From Dehalococcoidia bacterium (lineage in GTDB: Bacteria > Chloroflexota > Dehalococcoidia > GIF9 > AB-539-J10), in the NCBI GenBank assembly GCA_021162245.1, contig JAGGZD010000029.1:1-38114 (forward strand): 38,114 bases of DNA, written 5' to 3'. Under the pieces are notes generated by a model. That model had not been told where the DNA came from, did no database searches, and worked only from the letters and a program-made list of their open reading frames with translations. This document shows positions 24,808 to 34,515 of this stretch, piece after piece. The translations under genes and the position numbers were made by a program. Every line of letters starts with the position of its first letter. Positions within the stretch are counted from its first letter, which is position 1.

Positions 24808-26079
24808 TTATGATATCGATACTTCTTTTGAACACGTTTCGTTGAATTTCAATGGCCAGCCCATCGCGGCCATCATATTCAGGAATTTTATTGGCTCAAG
24901 ACACTCGGCACAGATTACTCCTCTTTTTGCACTTCCCTCCATGCACAACTTAGCTCCTATAATTGCAGGTAAAGCAACATAGATATTTGTAGCCCCGAAT
25001 TTTTTATAAATCTCTAGCCTTTCCTCCGGAGTTGCATAGAGGGTAGGAGCAAAAGTTATCTTGTATTCCACATTTTGCCCTGATTTCGTTCCGCTTATTT
25101 CCAGTGCGCCATGGGCAGCAACTTTGATTGGAAGTTTGGCGGTGTTTTCATCCTCAGTGAAGAATGTATCTGCTGGGTGAGGTACCAACTTCAGCAGGAC
25201 ATCTCTGGGCACAATCTTGACGCCGTTCACCTCCACGGGTTCCGAACCTGCGAATCCTGTTTTAATGAAAGTGCCTGCTTGCTTGTCAACAGTATATTTA
25301 AAGTCACAGTATTTAATCCCTTTGCCTATGAAGTGGGGCAAGCTTATTGGTTCCTGATGTTGATGGTAAACAAGCGGAATGGTACCAACTGGGTCTGGGA
25401 AAGTGTAATCTTCACACTTGGCGTAAATAGGGTATTTCTTATATTCTCCATCTTCGAATATCGTGGGTTCAACTGCGTAACCCCAAAGCGCTCGGAAAGG
25501 GGACCATGTTGGTGCCCATCCTGTAACAACTTCCGACGAATTTATCAGGGATCTACGACCAAATCGAATGCGTATTGCGTCCACAGTATCCAATTTGTCG
25601 CTGACATATCTGGCCAGGACATTAAAAACTCCAGGTGATGAACCACAACCCAACAGGGCGGTTAAGCCGGCCTCTCTGAATTCGTCATCGAGACCGAGCG
25701 GCTGTTTTTCTATTATCTGAGACAGGATATTGTCTCTGGCACGTATGTTCAGAACACTGGGTTCCCCAAAAGATGTGTCGATATAGTGAGCCCCATTTCT
25801 AAGGGCAGCTTGCATGATGTTAGAGTCGAATGCAGTTAGCGTCAGATTTATAATCGCGTCTACATCTTTGGCTGCTTTCTCAATATCTTCAAGCTTTCCT
25901 GCATCAACTTTCCTGGTGCTGAGTTTATTGCTCTTTATCTTGTCTTTAACTCTGTTTGCTAGATTAATGTCTATGTCGGCCAGGATTATCTCCGAGATAT
26001 CTTTGTCTTTGGATAGAATTGAAGCGCATGGGCCACCTTGTGCTCCTGCTCCTATTATTAGTACTTTTCCCCCGCTCAT
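24808..26079 (-). CDS. saccharopine dehydrogenase-like NAD(P)-dependent oxidoreductase
   Basis: 423-aa ORF with the N-terminal Rossmann motif KVLIIGAGAQGGPCASIL. Its length and C-terminal domain are consistent with the Sacchrp_dh family. It is the first gene of the minus-strand cluster. Confidence 0.75.
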   Translation of the reverse strand: MSGGKVLIIGAGAQGGPCASILSKDKDISEIILADIDINLANRVKDKIKSNKLSTRKVDAGKLEDIEKAAKDVDAIINLTLTAFDSNIMQAALRNGAHYIDTSFGEPSVLNIRARDNILSQIIEKQPLGLDDEFREAGLTALLGCGSSPGVFNVLARYVSDKLDTVDAIRIRFGRRSLINSSEVVTGWAPTWSPFRALWGYAVEPTIFEDGEYKKYPIYAKCEDYTFPDPVGTIPLVYHQHQEPISLPHFIGKGIKYCDFKYTVDKQAGTFIKTGFAGSEPVEVNGVKIVPRDVLLKLVPHPADTFFTEDENTAKLPIKVAAHGALEISGTKSGQNVEYKITFAPTLYATPEERLEIYKKFGATNIYVALPAIIGAKLCMEGSAKRGVICAECLEPIKFLNMMAAMGWPLKFNETCSKEVSIS

Positions 26080-26208
26080 TTTAGTTCCTCCTTTTCATTG
26101 TTCCGTTTCTATGTCAAATTGTATTCGCCTACGTGGTTAACAGGATATCATTTATTCTCCTCGTTATTTGGAATAAAGATTTGCTCCTAAGTAGCGTAGC
26201 CAGCCTGT

Positions 26209-27462
26209 TCAACTTACTACTATTTTCATGTATGGTTGCAGTGCTTCAGGTATTAGAATTGTGCCATCGGGTTGCTGGTAATTCTCAAGTACGGCGATAA
26301 GGACTCGCGGTAAAGCTAAACCAGAACCATTAAGCGTGTGGACGAAGCGTGCCTTGGCCCCTGACTCAGGGCGGTATCGAATGTTGGTTCGCCTGGCCTG
26401 GAAGTCGCTGCAATTACTACAGGAGCTAACTTCAAGCCACTCAGCACAGCCTGGAGCCCACATTTCGATATCATATGTTTTGCAGGCAGCAAATCCAAGG
26501 TCGCCAGTACATAGTTGCACTATACGGTAGGGGATAGCTAGTCTCCGACACACTTCCTCGGCGTCACCAACTAATTTTTCCAATTCATCAGCAGATTTTT
26601 CTGGTTCGGTCAGTTTATAGAGCTCTACTTTATCAAACTGATGTCCCCTCTTTATACCTCTGGTATCCTTGCCTGCAGCCATCTTCTCGCGGCGGAAGCA
26701 AGCGGTGTGAGCGACATAATAAAGTGGTAAAACCTTGACGTCCAGTACCTCATTGCGATGCAGGTTGGTCATGGGTACCTCTGCTGTGGGTATGAACCAG
26801 AAATCATCTTCAACATCATGATATAAGTTGTCACTGAATTTAGGCAGATTCCCTGAACCTATCATACATTCTTGTTTGACCATGAAGGGGGGATATATTT
26901 CTTTGTAACCATGCTCAATGTGTAAATTAAGCATAAAGGTTATAAGTGCTCGCTGCAGGCATGCTCCCATTCCTGTAAGAACATAGAACCGTCTCCCTGA
27001 TAATTTTACACCTCTGTGGAAATCTATTATGCCTAACTTTTCACCTAGTTCCCAGTGGGGTAATGGTTTGAAAGGGAATGTTTTTGGCTCACCCCAGGTG
27101 CGCACTACTATATTGTCACTCTCGTCTTTTCCTAAAATTACGCTAGGATGAGGCATGTTTGGTATCCTCAGTAATAGAGAGTTAAGCTCTTTTTTGGTCT
27201 GGCTGGTTTCTTGTTGTAAGGTTGATATTTGCTCTCCCAGGTCACGCATCTCAGTGATAAGCTCAGGCGGTTTCTCTTTTGCTTTTCCTAGCTGCTTGCT
27301 TGTTTCATTGTGCTTAGCGCGAAGCAACTCTACCTGCCGGAGCAAGCGACGGTAGCGCTCGTCTGCTTTGAGAATGTTTTCCGGGGTGAAGGTTTCACCT
27401 CTTTTCTCCAGCGCCTGACGAACAAGTGCGGGATTCTCACGAATAAGCTTAATATCAAGCAT
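26209..27462 (-). CDS. serS: serine--tRNA ligase
   Basis: 417-aa ORF with an N-terminal coiled-coil arm, motif 2 TACFRREK and motif 3 NGSGLALPRVLIAVLEN. Confidence 0.95.
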   Translation of the reverse strand: MLDIKLIRENPALVRQALEKRGETFTPENILKADERYRRLLRQVELLRAKHNETSKQLGKAKEKPPELITEMRDLGEQISTLQQETSQTKKELNSLLLRIPNMPHPSVILGKDESDNIVVRTWGEPKTFPFKPLPHWELGEKLGIIDFHRGVKLSGRRFYVLTGMGACLQRALITFMLNLHIEHGYKEIYPPFMVKQECMIGSGNLPKFSDNLYHDVEDDFWFIPTAEVPMTNLHRNEVLDVKVLPLYYVAHTACFRREKMAAGKDTRGIKRGHQFDKVELYKLTEPEKSADELEKLVGDAEEVCRRLAIPYRIVQLCTGDLGFAACKTYDIEMWAPGCAEWLEVSSCSNCSDFQARRTNIRYRPESGAKARFVHTLNGSGLALPRVLIAVLENYQQPDGTILIPEALQPYMKIVVS

Positions 27463-27464
27463 CT

Positions 27465-28934
27465 TTACTTCGTCTTTAATTGTGGGAAAAGTATAACTTC
27501 GCGAATAGAGTTTTGCCCAGCTAACAGCATTACCAGGCGGTCGATACCTATTCCCAGGCCGCCAGTGGGTGGCATGCCATACTCTAAAGCCTGTAGAAAA
27601 TCCTCGTCAGCTACCTCAACTTCCTCGTCACCAATTTTCTCTTTTAGTTGTTGTTGGAATCTTTCCCTTTGCTCCAATGGGTCATTGAGTTCAGTGAAAG
27701 CATTGGCAATCTCTACACCATTAATAAAGGCCTCAAATTTCTCTACCAAGTGGTCGTTGTCATTCTTCTTTTTAGCCAGAGGCGATATTTCTATTGGGTA
27801 ATCGAGAAGGAAAGTTGGTTGTATGAGGTTTGGCTCAACGAAGGTGGAGATCAATTTGTCGATGAGTTTGCCTCGTGAGAATTTATCACCAAGCTCTAGC
27901 TGTTTGCCCTCGCGTGCTGCCGCTCTTAGAAGTGACTCAGTGTCGGGATAGTCTTCGAAATCAATGCCACAGTAATTTTTAGTTGCCTCACGCAAATAAA
28001 GCCTTTGCCATGGAGGAGCGAGGTCGATAGTTTTCCCTCCACAAGTGATTCTGGTATTGCCTAGAACCTCACGGGCAATATGAGACACTACTTCCTCGAC
28101 TAAATTCATAATATCATTATAATTGGCATAAGCTTGGTAACATTCTAACAAGGTGAATTCGGGGTTATGCTGTATAGAAATACCTTCATTGCGAAAAACA
28201 CGTCCTATCTCATAAACTCTATCGAAACCACCTACTACTAGCCTCTTAAGGTAAAGTTCCAGAGCGATGCGTAGATAGAGGTCTTTGTCGAGCGCATGGT
28301 GGTGGGTAATGAATGGGCGAGCTAAAGCGCCTCCAGCCTGTGACTGAAGCACGGGAGTCTCCACTTCTATGAAGCCGTGGCTATCCAGGTAGTTTCTCAT
28401 TGTAGTCATAATCTGGCTACGCAACATGAATGTGGTTCTGGCATCTTCATTGGAAATAAGGTCAAGATATCTCTGGCGATAGCGTTTTTCCACATCAGTT
28501 AGCCCATGCCACTTTTCCGGTAATGGGCGAAGGGACTTGCATAACATTGTGAAGTCTGATACCTCGAGAGTAGTTTCACCTGTCTTCGTTTGGAAAAGCT
28601 TGCCTTCTGCTCCTATAATGTCGCCAATATCGACTTCGCGAAGAAATTCATACTTCTCTTTGCCTAGAAAGTCGCGGCGAAAGCAGAGCTGTATTTTACC
28701 TGAGCCATCGCGAATATCAAGGAAAGCCATCTTGCCCAGCGAGCGTTTGGACATAGTGCGGCCAGCGAGGGACATGGTTTGCGATTTCTCCTCTTGTTGT
28801 TCGAAGATGGTTAGTGCTTCTTTGATGGTATGGCTGGAATGATAAGAAGGAGGGTAGGGATTTATGCCGCGAGCTCGAATTCTGCTCAAGCTGTCCAATC
28901 TTTGCTGGGTTATGCGTTCTAATCTCGAAGTCAT
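27465..28934 (-). CDS. lysS: lysine--tRNA ligase, class II
   Basis: 489-aa ORF with an OB anticodon-binding N-terminus, motif 2 VFRNEGISIQHNPEFT and motif 3 GGLGIGIDRLVMLL. It lies 2 nt upstream of serS. Confidence 0.95.
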   Translation of the reverse strand: MTSRLERITQQRLDSLSRIRARGINPYPPSYHSSHTIKEALTIFEQQEEKSQTMSLAGRTMSKRSLGKMAFLDIRDGSGKIQLCFRRDFLGKEKYEFLREVDIGDIIGAEGKLFQTKTGETTLEVSDFTMLCKSLRPLPEKWHGLTDVEKRYRQRYLDLISNEDARTTFMLRSQIMTTMRNYLDSHGFIEVETPVLQSQAGGALARPFITHHHALDKDLYLRIALELYLKRLVVGGFDRVYEIGRVFRNEGISIQHNPEFTLLECYQAYANYNDIMNLVEEVVSHIAREVLGNTRITCGGKTIDLAPPWQRLYLREATKNYCGIDFEDYPDTESLLRAAAREGKQLELGDKFSRGKLIDKLISTFVEPNLIQPTFLLDYPIEISPLAKKKNDNDHLVEKFEAFINGVEIANAFTELNDPLEQRERFQQQLKEKIGDEEVEVADEDFLQALEYGMPPTGGLGIGIDRLVMLLAGQNSIREVILFPQLKTK

Positions 28935-29044
28935 AGTTTAGGTTTTTATGGCCTCCTTAGTTTTTAGACATAAAGCTCAAGGCTATTATTCTACCAGAAA
29001 CTTAACGATAAATGTTGATAAAAAGAGGCAGTGTGGTGAGTATT

Positions 29045-29053
29045 TGTTATAAT
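29045..29053 (+). promoter_or_regulatory. candidate extended -10 element TGTTATAAT upstream of pcrA
   Basis: This is a consensus TGnTATAAT ending 12 nt before the pcrA ATG, with no SD sequence in between. Confidence 0.3.
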
Positions 29054-29065
29054 TAGTTTGCATTT

Positions 29066-31234
29066 ATGAATGTTCTAGCTACGCTTAATCCTGCCCAGAG
29101 AAAAGCTGTGGAAGCGACTGAAGGCCCTGTGCTTATCTTAGCTGGCCCAGGGAGTGGCAAAACCAAGGTAGTTATCCATCGAATTGCTTATCTGATTAGA
29201 ATTTGTGGGGTTGCTCCGCATCGTATTATGGCAGTTACATTTACTAATAAAGCTGCCAGGGAAATGCAGCAGAGATTAGAGTTGCTTTTAGGTCATGAAG
29301 TTGATGCCTTAACCATGGGTACTTTCCATGCTAGCTGTAGCCGTATTCTTCGTCGTGAAGGCGAAGTCATAGGCATTGAGCCAGGATTTGTTATCTATGA
29401 TGAGGAAGACCAATTGAATTTGGTGAAACAAAGTCTCCATGAAATGAATCTTGACCCCAAACAATATACTCCTCGCGCTTTGCTGGCAGCCATTAGCGCT
29501 GCTAAAAATTGCCTCATTAATCCACAGGATTACGCTAGCCAAACCCATAGCCATTTCGAGGAGGTGGCCTCTAGAATTTATCAACGTTACCAGCACTTAC
29601 TTGCTCAAAGTGGGGCACTGGACTTCGATGACTTGTTAATGAAGACGACACAGCTATTCGATAGCCATGCAGATGTTCTGAAGCGGTATCAGTCGAGGTA
29701 TGTTCATATTTTGGTTGATGAGTTTCAGGACACTAACGCCATCCAATATATGCTGGTGAAACAACTGGGTGGGAAATATCGTAATATTTGTGTGGTTGGT
29801 GATCCAGACCAGTCTATCTACTCCTGGAGGTTTGCTGATTTGCGCAATATTTTGAGCTTTGAGAAAGATTACCCCGAGGCTGAAGTGGTGGTTTTAGATC
29901 AAAACTATCGTTCTACTAAGACTATTTTGCAGGTTGCTTCAGATGTTATTTCGGCGAATGTGCAGCGCAAGCCAAAAAACTTATGGACAGAGAATGAAGT
30001 TGGCTATCCTGTGACTATTATCGAGAGTTATAGCGAGGAAGAGGAGGCTCAATTGGTGGTCAGCGAAATAGAAAAACTAGTTAATCAGGGGCAGGTATCA
30101 CTCAAAGACTGCGCCGTAATGTATCGCGTTAATGCTCAGTCGCGAATCTTAGAGGAAATGTTTATGAGATATGGAGTGTCTTATAAACTTGTTGGCGGCA
30201 TACGCTTTTATCAGAGGCGGGAGGTTAAGGATATTATCGCTTATCTGAGAGTTATTCATAACCCTCACGATAATGTTAGCTTTGCTCGTATTATAAACGT
30301 GCCTGGGCGTGGTATTGGGCAGGGTACTCTTGTGCGGCTTCAGGATTGGGCTAGATTGCACGATGCATCTCTATATAGCGCGTTGAAACATGTGATGCAG
30401 GAGAGCTCTCTCTCCCCACGTATTGCCCAGGCTTTAGCTAAATTTGCTGCTCTTATCGATGAACTTATTGCTAGAAATCATAGACTAAACCCGTCTGAGT
30501 TAGTGGATGCGATATTGATGGATACGGGATACAGGGAATATATTGTGGCGAAAGATGGTGGAGAGGAAAAATGGGATAATGTAATGGAGCTAAAGAGTGT
30601 TGCTAGAGAGTATGATGAGCTTAATCCTGAAGAAGCTGTAGATGTTTTCCTGGAGAAAGTTAGCCTGGTATCAGATGTGGACAAACTGGATGAGAAAGCT
30701 AACGCCGTAACTTTAATTACCTTGCATCAGGCCAAAGGCTTGGAATTCGCTGTGGTCTTCATTGTTGGTATGGAAGAAGGGATTTTACCACACAGGAGGT
30801 CTTTTGGAGACTCATGGGAAATGGAAGAAGAGCGTCGTCTTTGCTATGTTGGAATAACTCGAGCTGAGAAACGACTTTATCTTTTACACAGTCATCGGCG
30901 CAATTTGTTTGGCGGGTCGGCAAACTTGCCATCTCGCTTTCTTCAGAATATTTCACCACATCTGGTAAACCCTAAAAGGTTGGGAGGGGAAGAGAAACTT
31001 GGCAAGCTGGTTAATGCAGGTTCCACATTGTTGTCTCGCGCCAATACGTTGGATTTAAGAGTGGGTGACTGTGTTCGCCATAGCAAATTTGGCGATGGTA
31101 TAATAACGGATTGCCTTCCTAGTAAAGGGGATCAGGTGATAACTGTGTCTTTTGAGGAAGCCGGGATTAAAAAATTGCTGCTTAGTTTAGCACCTTTGGA
31201 GAAAATCGGAAAAGATCTTGATTTTCTCTCCTGA
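29066..31234 (+). CDS. pcrA: ATP-dependent DNA helicase, UvrD/PcrA family
   Basis: 722-aa ORF with SF1 motifs AGPGSGKT, LVDEFQDTN, QNYRST and TLHQAKGLEF. Confidence 0.9.
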   Translation: MNVLATLNPAQRKAVEATEGPVLILAGPGSGKTKVVIHRIAYLIRICGVAPHRIMAVTFTNKAAREMQQRLELLLGHEVDALTMGTFHASCSRILRREGEVIGIEPGFVIYDEEDQLNLVKQSLHEMNLDPKQYTPRALLAAISAAKNCLINPQDYASQTHSHFEEVASRIYQRYQHLLAQSGALDFDDLLMKTTQLFDSHADVLKRYQSRYVHILVDEFQDTNAIQYMLVKQLGGKYRNICVVGDPDQSIYSWRFADLRNILSFEKDYPEAEVVVLDQNYRSTKTILQVASDVISANVQRKPKNLWTENEVGYPVTIIESYSEEEEAQLVVSEIEKLVNQGQVSLKDCAVMYRVNAQSRILEEMFMRYGVSYKLVGGIRFYQRREVKDIIAYLRVIHNPHDNVSFARIINVPGRGIGQGTLVRLQDWARLHDASLYSALKHVMQESSLSPRIAQALAKFAALIDELIARNHRLNPSELVDAILMDTGYREYIVAKDGGEEKWDNVMELKSVAREYDELNPEEAVDVFLEKVSLVSDVDKLDEKANAVTLITLHQAKGLEFAVVFIVGMEEGILPHRRSFGDSWEMEEERRLCYVGITRAEKRLYLLHSHRRNLFGGSANLPSRFLQNISPHLVNPKRLGGEEKLGKLVNAGSTLLSRANTLDLRVGDCVRHSKFGDGIITDCLPSKGDQVITVSFEEAGIKKLLLSLAPLEKIGKDLDFLS

Positions 31235-32945
31235 GTTGTTGGCAGAATACACGAAAACGTGTAGGGTTAAGCAAGTGCACATCAGAGTTTTAGCGCCAGA
31301 GGTAATTTCAAAAATCGCTGCAGGTGAGGTAATTGAGAGACCAGCCTCGGTGGTGAAAGAATTGGTGGAAAATTCGCTTGATGCTGAAGCGAATCAGATT
31401 AGTGTTGAAGTGCAGCGTGGTGGAGTGGACCTGATTAAAGTAGCTGATAATGGGCTGGGCATCCCAGCATCGGAAGTAGAGCTTTCCTGTCGTAGATATG
31501 CCACCAGCAAGATTAGCAGCTTGGCTGATTTAGAAAGTATTTCCAGCCTTGGTTTTCGGGGTGAAGCTTTATTCAGCATTGCTGCTGTTGCTGGGGTAGA
31601 AATTCTTACCAAAGCAGCTTCAGATGCAGCTGGCACCTATATGCGACTGAAGAGAGGTGACGTATCTTGCTGTGAGAGCCGTAGCAGAGCTCAAGGCACC
31701 ACTATAACTGTGCGAAGGTTGTTTCATTATTTCCCCGCTCGGCTCAAGTTTCTTAAGTCAGTAAAAAGCGAAAATAGCTATATTGCTAACATATTAAGCC
31801 AGTATGCGCTGGCTTTCCCTGAGGTTAAATTTAAATTATTTCTTGACAAGCGTCTTAGCTTACAAACCATGGGCAATGGCGACTTGCGTGACGTGGTGAA
31901 CCAGATATATGGCTTAGAGATAGCTCAAAGGATGTTAGAAGTGGAAAGAGGAGATGCATTTGGTAAAACCAGCGGACTGGTGAGTCCACCCTCCTTGAGT
32001 CGCTCTGATCGCAATCGTATTAGCTTCTTTGTCAATCGAAGGTGGATACGCTCTCCTTTGCTAATGCGGGCGACTGAAGCGGCTTATCATGGCTTGCTTA
32101 TGGATGGTAAACATCCTGTGGCTATAATTGATCTCTCGTTGCCAGCGGAGGAAATTGATGTAAATGTTCACCCTAGCAAAGCTCAAGTAAAATTTCGTCA
32201 TGGGCAGGATATCTTTGCTATTGTGAAAGATTCAATTAAAAGAACATTGGCAAGAACGCCTATAGCCAGGCCTGTGTCTAAGCCTTTTCTCGCTGCTTCA
32301 TGGTCACGGCCAAATTCCTGGATAATAAAGGAAAAAGAACCTGGCCCCATTACTGCTCTACATGCTTCTGGTTTACCTGTTTTACGCGTGGTAGGGCAAA
32401 TAGCCAGTACTTACATCATTGCTGAGGGCCCTGACGGCTTTTACCTTATTGACCAGCATGCGGCACATGAACGCATACTGTATGATAAAATTTCAGCACA
32501 GTGGGCAAAAAGGGAGATTGAAGTTCAAGGACTACTCCAGGCGATAACTATAGAACTTAGTCCTAGAGAGGAGGAAATTCTGGGAACGAACAAGGAGATT
32601 CTAGCTCAATTTGGATTTACCATTGAACCTTTTGGCGATAGAAGTTATTTAATACGCACAGTGCCTGCGTTGGCGGCAAAGGCGGATGTTATTGAAATAA
32701 TAAGCACGTTACTGGATAGCTTTGTTGACAAGGATACCTCCGCTTTGTGGGAAGAAAAGATAGTTGAATCTCTGGCTTGCCATAGTGCTATCAGGGCAGG
32801 GCAACAATTGCGCGATGAGGAGATGAGGGAATTAATCAGGCAGTTGGAGCAAACTGAACAACCGCGCACTTGTCCGCATGGCAGACCAACAATGATCCAT
32901 TTTAGTGTACGTCAATTGGAGAAGGAATTTGGCAGGGTAACTTGA
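31218..32945 (+). CDS. mutL: DNA mismatch repair endonuclease MutL
   Basis: It has the GHKL ATPase N-terminus AAGEVIERPASVVKELVENSLDA and the C-terminal endonuclease motif DQHAAHERILY. The track start is a TTG that overlaps pcrA. A GTG at 31275 (VHIRVLAPEV) is an alternative start. Confidence 0.93.
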   Translation: MIFSPELLAEYTKTCRVKQVHIRVLAPEVISKIAAGEVIERPASVVKELVENSLDAEANQISVEVQRGGVDLIKVADNGLGIPASEVELSCRRYATSKISSLADLESISSLGFRGEALFSIAAVAGVEILTKAASDAAGTYMRLKRGDVSCCESRSRAQGTTITVRRLFHYFPARLKFLKSVKSENSYIANILSQYALAFPEVKFKLFLDKRLSLQTMGNGDLRDVVNQIYGLEIAQRMLEVERGDAFGKTSGLVSPPSLSRSDRNRISFFVNRRWIRSPLLMRATEAAYHGLLMDGKHPVAIIDLSLPAEEIDVNVHPSKAQVKFRHGQDIFAIVKDSIKRTLARTPIARPVSKPFLAASWSRPNSWIIKEKEPGPITALHASGLPVLRVVGQIASTYIIAEGPDGFYLIDQHAAHERILYDKISAQWAKREIEVQGLLQAITIELSPREEEILGTNKEILAQFGFTIEPFGDRSYLIRTVPALAAKADVIEIISTLLDSFVDKDTSALWEEKIVESLACHSAIRAGQQLRDEEMRELIRQLEQTEQPRTCPHGRPTMIHFSVRQLEKEFGRVT

Positions 32946-32964
32946 TAAGAGGCGGATTAGGTAT

Positions 32965-34515
32965 ATGAAATCAATACATGCCTTTACAATAGGCGTTATT
33001 TCAAACTATAATTGGGCGATGTCTTTTTCTGAGCGAACTGATGTAACCGCTATTTTAGCTAGAGTCTCTTATTTGTTGGCTGAACAAGGGCATCAAGGCT
33101 ACATAGTTGGAGGCTTCATTCGCGATTGGCTTTTGGGCAGGCGAACAAATGATGTTGACATTGCTGTGGATGGGAATACTTTAGATATAGGTAGGGAGAT
33201 TGCTAAGGGTCTTGGGGGTAGATTTGTGCTACTCGATGAAGCGAATGAGATATCCAGAGTAGTGCTAGTTGATGAAGCGGGGTGGCATCTCGATTTTTCT
33301 TCTTTCTCTGGGGATATCGAATCTGATCTTGTACGCCGTGATTTCACTATAGACGCTATGGCTGTTAAGTTGGGACAAATGGAGGTTGATATACCACTTA
33401 AACTGATTGACCCTTTGTCGGGAAAGAACGACTTGGAAAATAGAATGGTGAGGGCGGTAAATGAGCGAGTATTTGAGGCCGATGCTGCCAGGTTATTGCG
33501 AGCTGTGCGCTTGGCAGCGGAGCTTGATTTTACTGTAGAGCGAGAGACGGAAGGCTTGATTCGCCGTTATTGCCAGTCCGTCGTTAGAGTCCCAGAGGAG
33601 AGGATTAGAGGAGAATTGCTTCGATTGCTTAGCTTGCCCAGAACTGCTTATTATTTGAGGTATTTGGATGATCTTGGCTTACTCCTGGCCTTGATTCCTG
33701 AATTAGCAGAGGCCAAGGGAGTAGACCAGCCGACAACACATTTCTGGGATGTGTTTGATCATTCTCTACAGACGGTGGCAGCGATAGAATTTCTGACTAA
33801 AGAGAATGATTGGGAGTATGGGAGTAAGGACATGTTGCTCACTGTCCCCTGGTCAGATGCTATAATTCAACACCTATCTGCAGAGGTTTCTAAGGGCAGC
33901 GATTATAGGGCTTTGCTTAAATTAGGTGGCTTATTTCATGATATTGCTAAGCCCAGAACGAAACTTGTTGATGACGCAGGCAGAGCACATTTCCTTGGCC
34001 ACCCTAAGGATGGTGCAGCCATGGCGGTGGATATTATGGGTAGATTAAGATTTAGTAACAAGGAAACAAATTTGGTAGAAAAGCTTGTATACTATCACCT
34101 TCGCCCAGTTCAGATGAGTAATGGTAAGGAATTGCCTACGCAGCGAGCAATCTATCGCTACTTTCGAGATACGGGGGAGAGTGGCGTTGATATTTTGTTT
34201 TTGGCCTTAGCCGATTATTTAGCTACCTGTGGGCCTCTTGTAAAAATGGAGGAGTGGGAAGAGTATTGTCAGTTAATGAACTATATATTGGCGGGGAATG
34301 AAAAGCAACAAACTGATATTTTGCCAGTGAAACTTGTTGATGGGCGTGACTTGATGAATATTTTTGGTTTAACTCCAGGGCCATTGGTTGGTGAACTTCT
34401 AGCTTTGGTGCTTGAGGCTCAAGCCAGTGGCGAGTTAAGCGATAAGAAAGGAGCGCTAGCCTTTGTGGAAAAGAAACTAAGTAAGCAACGGTGCTGTGCG
34501 GGGTCAGGTAATTGA
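32965..34515 (+). CDS. tRNA nucleotidyltransferase (CCA-adding) / poly(A) polymerase family protein with an HD domain
   Basis: It has the polymerase-beta head motif GGFIRDWLLGRRTNDVDIAV and the HD motif GLFHDIAKP. The ATG at 33019 (MSFSERTD) is an alternative start. Confidence 0.82.
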   Translation: MKSIHAFTIGVISNYNWAMSFSERTDVTAILARVSYLLAEQGHQGYIVGGFIRDWLLGRRTNDVDIAVDGNTLDIGREIAKGLGGRFVLLDEANEISRVVLVDEAGWHLDFSSFSGDIESDLVRRDFTIDAMAVKLGQMEVDIPLKLIDPLSGKNDLENRMVRAVNERVFEADAARLLRAVRLAAELDFTVERETEGLIRRYCQSVVRVPEERIRGELLRLLSLPRTAYYLRYLDDLGLLLALIPELAEAKGVDQPTTHFWDVFDHSLQTVAAIEFLTKENDWEYGSKDMLLTVPWSDAIIQHLSAEVSKGSDYRALLKLGGLFHDIAKPRTKLVDDAGRAHFLGHPKDGAAMAVDIMGRLRFSNKETNLVEKLVYYHLRPVQMSNGKELPTQRAIYRYFRDTGESGVDILFLALADYLATCGPLVKMEEWEEYCQLMNYILAGNEKQQTDILPVKLVDGRDLMNIFGLTPGPLVGELLALVLEAQASGELSDKKGALAFVEKKLSKQRCCAGSGN

